A stretch of 64,000 nt of DNA from Candidatus Saganbacteria bacterium (GTDB lineage: Bacteria; Margulisbacteria; WOR-1; O2-12-FULL-45-9; XYB2-FULL-48-7). The notes under the pieces are model-generated. The model did not search any database. It saw nothing but the letters and a program-made list of their open reading frames with translations, and was not told the DNA's origin. The stretch is from contig JAFGHC010000039.1 of NCBI GenBank assembly GCA_016939335.1, positions 2,376 to 66,375 on the forward strand, given 5' to 3'. Shown piece by piece: positions 57,997 through 64,000 of this stretch. The translations under genes and the position numbers were made by a program. Numbering within the stretch: position 1 is the first letter of the stretch; every line of letters begins with the position of its first letter.

Positions 57997-58718
57997 ACAA
58001 AGGCCCGGGGGGGCTGGAGATCAAAGGTTTTATCGAAACCTCTTTCCTCGATTGGGACGGAAAGATCGTTTCGACTTTATACGTGGCCGGGTGTAATTTC
58101 CGCTGTCCCTTTTGTCATAACGCCGGACTCATTGAGAGGCCGCACGAGTATGAAACGATCCCTCTGGAGCGCATAGAGAATTACCTGCTGGCCCATAAGG
58201 ATTTTATAGACGGGATCTGCCTGACCGGCGGCGAACCCTGTTTGCATAAGGGCCGGGGGCTTTTTGAGTTCATGAAGCGGGTTAAGGACAAGGGGTTTGA
58301 AATAAAATTAGACAGCAATGGGACGGACCCGGAATGCTTGAAGACGGCGCTCGACCAAAAACTGGCCGATTATTTCGCCATGGATATCAAGGGGCCGCTG
58401 GACGAAAGGTACGACGGCCTTTCCGGGGTAAAGACGGACCTGGCCGGGATCAAAGAGAGCGTTAAAACCATCAGAGAAAGCGGCGTCCCACATGAGTTCC
58501 GCACGACGGTGCTGCCGACCCTGCTGGGAGAGGAAGAGATCGCGGCGATCGCCGGTTACCTGGCCGGCGCGGAGAAGTTCGTGCTTCAGCAGTTCGCGCC
58601 GGACCATGCCTGGGACGAGAAGCTGCGTTCGGTCAAGCCGTATGAAAAGCCGGAGCTTGAGCGTCTGGCCCGGGTTGCCAGAACGCACGTGCCCAATGTC
58701 CTGATCCGGGGGGTATGA
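57993..58718 (+). CDS. Anaerobic ribonucleotide reductase activase-like radical SAM
   Basis: SFLDWDG, GCNFRCPFCHN, TGGEP, KLDSNG, MDIK, EFRTT. Confidence 0.88.
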   Translation: MNKGPGGLEIKGFIETSFLDWDGKIVSTLYVAGCNFRCPFCHNAGLIERPHEYETIPLERIENYLLAHKDFIDGICLTGGEPCLHKGRGLFEFMKRVKDKGFEIKLDSNGTDPECLKTALDQKLADYFAMDIKGPLDERYDGLSGVKTDLAGIKESVKTIRESGVPHEFRTTVLPTLLGEEEIAAIAGYLAGAEKFVLQQFAPDHAWDEKLRSVKPYEKPELERLARVARTHVPNVLIRGV

Positions 58719-58753
58719 TGACGGCAGCCAATTAAAGCAAGGGAGGAAAAAGG

Positions 58754-60103
58754 ATGAAAGAGAAAGAAGCCGATGTCATTGTTGTCGGGGGCGGCCCGGC
58801 GGGGGTGATCAGCGCGGTGACGGCGCGCCGGTATTATCCCGACAAGAAAATATTGGTCATTAAGAGCGTCGGCCGGGGCGTGATCCCCTGCGGCATACCT
58901 TACATGTTCGCCACCCTGGAAAAACCCGAGGACAACGCCATGAGCGATCTTCCCCTGGAAAAGAGCAATGTGGAGTTGCTGGTGGACGAGGTGACCGCGG
59001 TCAACAGGCAAGGGAAGACCGTCAGCACCAAAAGCGGCAGGGAGCTGGCCTACGACAAGCTGGTCCTGGCCCACGGCTCCGAACCGGTCGTCCCGCCGGT
59101 CAAAGGGATAGAGAAGAAAGGCGTTTATCCGATTTACAAAGACCTGGATTATCTGAAGGCGATGAAGGAGGAGATAAGGAAAGCCAAAAGCGTCCTGATC
59201 ATCGGCGGCGGCTTTATCGGCGTCGAATTTGCGGATGAATTGGCCGGCCTTAAGGGGCTAAAGGTTTACCTGGTCGAGCTTTTGCCGGGCCTTCTGGCGA
59301 ACTCGTTTGACGCGGAATTCGGGCAAATGGCGCTGGCCAAGCTTAAGGCCAAAGGGGTGGAGGTCATCTGCGGGGAAAAAGTGGAGGAGCTTACCGGGGG
59401 GGATCAAGTGACCGGCGTCCTCTTGTCCGACGGGACCAGGCGGCCGGTGGAGGCCGTGGTCCTGGGTATCGGCGCGCGGCCGAACGTGAAACTCGCCGAA
59501 GCGGCCGGTATCGATCTGGGCCGTGGTCAGGGCATTTGGACGGACGAGTATATGCGCACTTCGGACCCGGATATTTTCGCCGTCGGCGACTGCGCGGGGA
59601 AAAGGGATTTCTTTACCCGCAAAAGTTTGCCGGTCATGCTGGCGTCCACCGCCACGGCGGAAGCCAGGATCGCCGGGGCCAACCTGTTCCAGCTGAAAGT
59701 GGTGCGTGAGAACAAAGGGACGATAGCGATCTATTCGACTTATGTGAACGGGCTGGTGCTCGGTTCGGCCGGATTAAATGAGGCGACCGCGGGGAAAGAG
59801 GGCTTTGATTACATAGCAGGCGAGGCGGAGGCGCCGGACAAACATCCGGGCGGGATCCCGGGGATGGTCAAGATGAGGGTTAAACTCGTTTTTTCCAGGC
59901 AATCGGAGATACTTTTGGGCGGCCAGGTGTCCGGCGGGATGTCGGCCGGTGAAGTTATAAATATAATCGGGATGGCGCTGCAAAAGCGGGTATCCGCCAC
60001 GGAACTCGAGACCCTGCAGATAGCGACCCATCCCTGTTTGACCGCCGCGCCGACGATGTACCCGCTGGTCCTGGCGGCGCAGGACGCGGCGGGCAAGATC
60101 TGA
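58754..60103 (+). CDS. FAD-dependent pyridine nucleotide-disulfide oxidoreductase (CoA-disulfide reductase/NOX-like)
   Basis: GGGPAG, PCGIPY redox Cys, GGGFIG, FAVGDC. Confidence 0.92.
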   Translation: MKEKEADVIVVGGGPAGVISAVTARRYYPDKKILVIKSVGRGVIPCGIPYMFATLEKPEDNAMSDLPLEKSNVELLVDEVTAVNRQGKTVSTKSGRELAYDKLVLAHGSEPVVPPVKGIEKKGVYPIYKDLDYLKAMKEEIRKAKSVLIIGGGFIGVEFADELAGLKGLKVYLVELLPGLLANSFDAEFGQMALAKLKAKGVEVICGEKVEELTGGDQVTGVLLSDGTRRPVEAVVLGIGARPNVKLAEAAGIDLGRGQGIWTDEYMRTSDPDIFAVGDCAGKRDFFTRKSLPVMLASTATAEARIAGANLFQLKVVRENKGTIAIYSTYVNGLVLGSAGLNEATAGKEGFDYIAGEAEAPDKHPGGIPGMVKMRVKLVFSRQSEILLGGQVSGGMSAGEVINIIGMALQKRVSATELETLQIATHPCLTAAPTMYPLVLAAQDAAGKI

Positions 60104-60870
60104 TGAAATATATTTACGGCCCGGTGCCGTCGTGGCGTCTGGGGCGGTCGCTGGGGGTCGACCTGGTTTCCGGGGATAAAACCTGCTCTTTCGATTGCGT
60201 CTATTGCCAGCTGGGCAAAACGGTCAGGCACTATATCAAGCGCCAGCTTTTTGTCCCGATCGCGGAGATTGTTGAAGAGCTGGAAAGCGTCCCCCGTTTG
60301 AACATCGATTACATCACTTTATCAGGGACCGGAGAGCCGACGCTGGCGCTGAACCTGGGTGACGCCATTGAGAAGATCAAGGGGCATTTCACCAAGCCGG
60401 TGGCGGTTCTGACCAATTCTTCGCTGTTGCACGATTCGCAGGTGAGAAAGGAACTGGGGGCCGCAGACCTGGTCGTAGCCAAGCTGGACGCGCCAAACGA
60501 AGAAATTTTTCATCGTGTCAGCCGGCCATCCGGGGGGATAACCTTTCACATGATCGTGGATGGGATCAAGCGCTTCAATCAGGAATATCCCGGCAAGCTC
60601 GCTTTGCAGATGATGTTCGTGCCGCAAAACAAGGAACACGCGGCGGCCATGGCCCGGCTGGCCAAGGAGATCGGTCCGGTTGAGGTCCAGCTCAATACCC
60701 CCCTGCGGCCCAGCCCGGTCAAACCGCTGACGGTTGAAGAGCTGGCCGAAGTCAAAAAAATATTCCTGGCCGCCGGGCTGGAAAGAGTCTATTCCGTTTA
60801 CGATGTCGAGCGCCCGGAAACGCGGCCGCTCGACGAGAGCGAAACGAGGCGCCGGAGGCCGGAAGCTTGA
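60103..60870 (+). CDS. Radical SAM protein (YGPVPSxRLGRSLG family)
   Basis: CSFDCVYC, SGTGEPTL. Confidence 0.92.
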   Translation: MKYIYGPVPSWRLGRSLGVDLVSGDKTCSFDCVYCQLGKTVRHYIKRQLFVPIAEIVEELESVPRLNIDYITLSGTGEPTLALNLGDAIEKIKGHFTKPVAVLTNSSLLHDSQVRKELGAADLVVAKLDAPNEEIFHRVSRPSGGITFHMIVDGIKRFNQEYPGKLALQMMFVPQNKEHAAAMARLAKEIGPVEVQLNTPLRPSPVKPLTVEELAEVKKIFLAAGLERVYSVYDVERPETRPLDESETRRRRPEA

Positions 60871-62249
60871 TCATCAATGATAAACAAATCGAGTCCTTAT
60901 TGGCCGGAGCAGCCAAATCCGGTCCATCATTAGTCGCTGATATCTTAGCCAAGGCCCGGGAGACTAAAGGGCTGACTCCGGCCGAAACCGCGGTTCTTTT
61001 GCAGTGCGAAGATAAAGGCTTGATCCAGCAGATACTCCAGGCCGCTAAGCATGTGAAAGAAGAAATATATGGCAAGCGGCTGGTCCTTTTTGCCCCGCTT
61101 TACGTGACGAACGAGTGTATTAACAATTGCCTTTATTGCGGTTTTCGCAAGGACAATACCAGTTTAACAAGGAAAACCCTCTCGCTGGACGAACTGGCGG
61201 AAGAAGTTACTATCCTTGAAGATATGGGGCACAAAAGAATCCTGATGGTTTTTGGGGAGCATCCCCGGCATTCGAACATCGATTTCATTGAAAAATCAAT
61301 TGCAAGGGCCTATGCCACCAAGTCAAAAAAGGGAGAAATGCGGCGGATAAATGTGAACCTGGCTCCGCTTTCCCTGGAAGATTTTAAGCGGCTGAAAGCG
61401 GCCAAGATCGGTACCTATCAGGCTTTTCAGGAGACCTACCACCGGGAAACTTATAAATACCTTCATCCTTCAGGCAAAAAAGCCGATTACGACTGGCGGG
61501 TGACCGCTTTTGACCGGGCCCAGCAGGCCGGGATCGATGATATCGGCGCCGGAGTTTTATTTGGCCTGTACGATTATAAATTCGAGGTCCTGGCCCTGCA
61601 GTACCATTCTATGCATCTCGAAAAGGAATATGGGTCCGGCCCGCACACCATTTCCGTCCCACGCCTCGAGCCGGCCTTAAACGCCCCGGCGGCGAATTGC
61701 CCGCCCCATCCCGTTTCTGACGAGGAGTTTAAAAAACTGGTGGCGATCATCCGCCTGGCCGTTCCTTACACCGGCATGATCCTTTCCACCAGGGAAGCGC
61801 CCGCCTTAAGGGATGAGCTGGTCGGCCTGGGCATTTCCCAGCTCTCCGCCGGCTCGCGAACCTATCCCGGCGGGTACAAGGACCAGCTGGCCCATGTCGA
61901 AGTCGAAGAGCAGTTCCAGATCGAAGATACACGGCCGCTCGATCAGGTTATTTATGACCTGTGCAAGATCGGCTATATTCCCAGCTTTTGCACGGCTTGT
62001 TACCGGTTGGGCCGGACCGGGGAAAATTTCATGGGGTTTGCCAAAACCGGCTTTATTCGCAACTTTTGCACCCCCAACGCTTTGCTGACATTTAAAGAAT
62101 ACTTGCTCGACTACGCTTTGCCGGCGACCCGGGAGCTGGGAGAGCGGGTCTTTAAAGAGCACCTGGACAAGTTGCCTGAAAATATCCGCGAAAAAACCTT
62201 GGCCAAGTGCCGGGAACTGGAGGCGGGAGAAAGGGACAGGTATTTCTAG
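60867..62249 (+). CDS. hydG: [FeFe]-hydrogenase maturase HydG
   Basis: CINNCLYC, FQETYH, GPHTISVPR and C-terminal CTAC-x22-C, which distinguishes HydG from ThiH. Confidence 0.9.
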   Translation: MIINDKQIESLLAGAAKSGPSLVADILAKARETKGLTPAETAVLLQCEDKGLIQQILQAAKHVKEEIYGKRLVLFAPLYVTNECINNCLYCGFRKDNTSLTRKTLSLDELAEEVTILEDMGHKRILMVFGEHPRHSNIDFIEKSIARAYATKSKKGEMRRINVNLAPLSLEDFKRLKAAKIGTYQAFQETYHRETYKYLHPSGKKADYDWRVTAFDRAQQAGIDDIGAGVLFGLYDYKFEVLALQYHSMHLEKEYGSGPHTISVPRLEPALNAPAANCPPHPVSDEEFKKLVAIIRLAVPYTGMILSTREAPALRDELVGLGISQLSAGSRTYPGGYKDQLAHVEVEEQFQIEDTRPLDQVIYDLCKIGYIPSFCTACYRLGRTGENFMGFAKTGFIRNFCTPNALLTFKEYLLDYALPATRELGERVFKEHLDKLPENIREKTLAKCRELEAGERDRYF

Positions 62250-62250
62250 T

Positions 62251-62568
62251 ATGGATAAGATCAAACATAAAATAATGGTCATGAGCAATAAAGGGGGCGT
62301 CGGTAAAAGCACCGTGTCCGTCAACCTGGCCTTTGGCTTGAGCGAGCAGGGCAAAAAAGTCGGGCTCCTCGACGCCGATCTGCACGGGCCGAGCCTGGCG
62401 AAAATGAGCGGCTCACAGGGCAATCTGCTCTCCGCCCGGGAGGGGAGGATCGCGCCCTTGGAAATGGGCGGGAACATGAAAATTGTCAGTTTAGCTTTAT
62501 TGTTCGGCCGGCAAGACGAGCCCATTATCTGGCGCGGCCCGCTAAAAATGAAAGCGATCAAACAATGA
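62251..62568 (+). pseudogene. mrp: Truncated Mrp/ApbC Fe-S carrier ATPase
   Basis: KGGVGKST, DADLHGPS, IWRGP..KAIKQ* then stops at a hairpin array. Confidence 0.85.
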
Positions 62569-62760
62569 AAAGATATCCCCGCCGCTTGCGGCGCGGGTAC
62601 CTTATGGTGGCCGAAGGGGTAAGGGGCAATAAAGAAAGGGTTTGGAACCACACACTAAAGTGTGTGGAATATTCCCCAGACTTTAGTCTGGGGTTACAGC
62701 CAAAAAACAGGAGAAGAAACGTGAAAGCTAAAGATACCCCACCGCTTGCGGTGGGGAGTT
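62569..62760. mobile_element. Non-autonomous array of four REP/IS200-605-like hairpins
   Basis: Hairpins at 62577-62597, 62648-62667, 62674-62693 and 62737-62756. Confidence 0.65.
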
Positions 62761-62769
62761 AGGTCATTT

Positions 62770-62916
62770 AGCAAGGGGCAGGGGAATTTCGAGGCCTTAT
62801 CGGATGAGGAGCGGCCGATCTTTTTTATGTTCAAGGTCAAATGCCCGGTCATCGGCAAAGATGTCAAAGGGGAAATGGGCGAAGCGGTCCTAAAAGCCCA
62901 TGCTTACCGTGACTAA
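62770..62916 (+). pseudogene. C-terminal fragment of a DUF89/ARMT1-like phosphatase
   Basis: SKGQGNFEALSDEERPIFFMFKVKCPVIG...* with no start codon for the conserved motif. Confidence 0.8.
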
Positions 62917-63081
62917 GGCGGGGAGCGCGGTCCCGCTGGCGAAGAATGCGGCCAAAGCGCCGACGGCCGAGCTGCCGTACCCGGGCAAAATCTTCGGCCC
63001 GGTCGTTTCGGTCAACGCTTGCCGTCGCTTCGAGCGGGCCGAAGGCCGTTGCCGGGCGGTTCATAAAACGGAGGGAAAAAG

Positions 63082-63936
63082 ATGATCATCGCGGTCGCTT
63101 CGGGGAAAGGCGGGACCGGCAAGACGCTGGTCGCGACCTCGCTGGCCCTGTCCCTCGGCCAGAACGTCCAGCTGCTCGATTGCGACGTGGAGGAGCCGAA
63201 CGCAGCCATTTTTATCAAACCAAAGATCGAACAGAGTATGACGGCTTCCGTTCCGGTCCCGACGGTCGATGAAAGCAAGTGCGACTATTGCGGTAAATGC
63301 GCCGAAGTTTGTGAATACCACGCCATCGTGGTCGCGAAGAATAAAGTCTTGATCTTTCCCGAGCTTTGCCATAGTTGCGGCGCGTGCACGCTGCTTTGTC
63401 CGCGGCAGGCGATAACCGAGCGGGAACGGGTTATCGGCCGGATCGACATTGGTCATAAAGAGGGGCTCAGGTTCGTCCAGGGGTGCCTTAATGTCGGCGA
63501 AGCGATATCGCCGCCGCTGATCAGGCGGGTTAAAGAGTTGATCGATCCCGGGCGTACGGTGATCATCGATTCGCCGCCGGGAACATCATGTCCGGTCATT
63601 GCCGCGGTTAAAGGATGCGATTTTTGCCTGTTAGTGACCGAGCCGACCCCATTCGGCTTGAATGACCTGGTTTTGGCGGTGGAGACGGTCCGCAAGCTTG
63701 GGATCCCGTTCGGCGTGATCATTAACCGCGCCGACCTGGGAGATAATAAGACGGAAGAGTACTGCGCGGCGGAAAATATCCCGGTGCTGTTAAGGATCCC
63801 GTTCAAAAAAGAGATCGCGGAGGCGTATGCAAAAGGGACCGCGGCCGTTGAGATAATGCCGGAATGCGGGCCAAAGTTCAGGGGAGCGTTCGAGGCGGCC
63901 GGCAGGATCGTTGAGCGGCGAGGCGGGAAAACGTGA
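63082..63936 (+). CDS. MinD-superfamily P-loop ATPase with inserted ferredoxin
   Basis: ASGKGGTGKT, DCDVEEPN, two CxxCxxCxxxC, DSPPGTSCP, VTEPTPFG. Confidence 0.94.
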   Translation: MIIAVASGKGGTGKTLVATSLALSLGQNVQLLDCDVEEPNAAIFIKPKIEQSMTASVPVPTVDESKCDYCGKCAEVCEYHAIVVAKNKVLIFPELCHSCGACTLLCPRQAITERERVIGRIDIGHKEGLRFVQGCLNVGEAISPPLIRRVKELIDPGRTVIIDSPPGTSCPVIAAVKGCDFCLLVTEPTPFGLNDLVLAVETVRKLGIPFGVIINRADLGDNKTEEYCAAENIPVLLRIPFKKEIAEAYAKGTAAVEIMPECGPKFRGAFEAAGRIVERRGGKT

Positions 63937-64000
63937 AAGCTAAAAGAGCGGTCGAACATTTTATCGGGAGAGGGGGGCGGGGGCGGCTTAATTGCGCGCA

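Noticed and set aside
60867-62249. ThiH assignment
   Set aside because: The C-terminal CxxC-x22-C and GPH His motifs indicate HydG
62565-63085. ORFs 62565-62762 and 62900-63085 as real genes
   Set aside because: The first translates the hairpin array; the second has no recognisable motif and lies in a decayed region

Overview
Bacterial chromosomal window with GC-rich coding regions and AT-rich, repeat-laden spacers. It comes from an anaerobic, probably diderm organism. The mix of outer-membrane barrels with SLH domains, T9SS-CTD-like tails, PPDK and HydG suggests a Saganbacteria/Margulisbacteria-like candidate lineage, but this is inference only. Housekeeping content: 4 tRNAs, ppdK-dgt-dnaG-rpoD, yqeK-LCP-rsfS, N-domain-only glmU, glmM, AmmeMemo B/A, argCJB, gltX, sppA, rsmH-ftsL, trpC, HIT, ybaB, typA, greA, uppP and LOG. 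The window also has a surface-protein locus (44.4-50.4 kb) and a large metal/Fe-S cluster (ZIP, feoAB, DtxR, DUF134, two NifX-like, radical SAMs, hydG, broken mrp). The most notable signals are: (1) a shared sigma-28-like promoter (TGAAATTT-N12-GCCGATAA-like) in front of eight scattered accessory transcription units, seven of them orphan; (2) orphan cassettes followed by a leftover copy of a housekeeping gene's 3' end (argB, probably tgt), with no integrase; (3) about ten families of short-period palindromic repeats, found as intergenic MITE-like elements and also written in-frame into housekeeping proteins; (4) a GGQ ribosome-rescue factor fused through a signal-peptide-like segment to a secreted hydrolase; (5) a PorV-like barrel/SLH gene next to CTD-bearing cargo; (6) pervasive leaderless gene architecture. 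All family assignments come from motif recognition; no searches were run.
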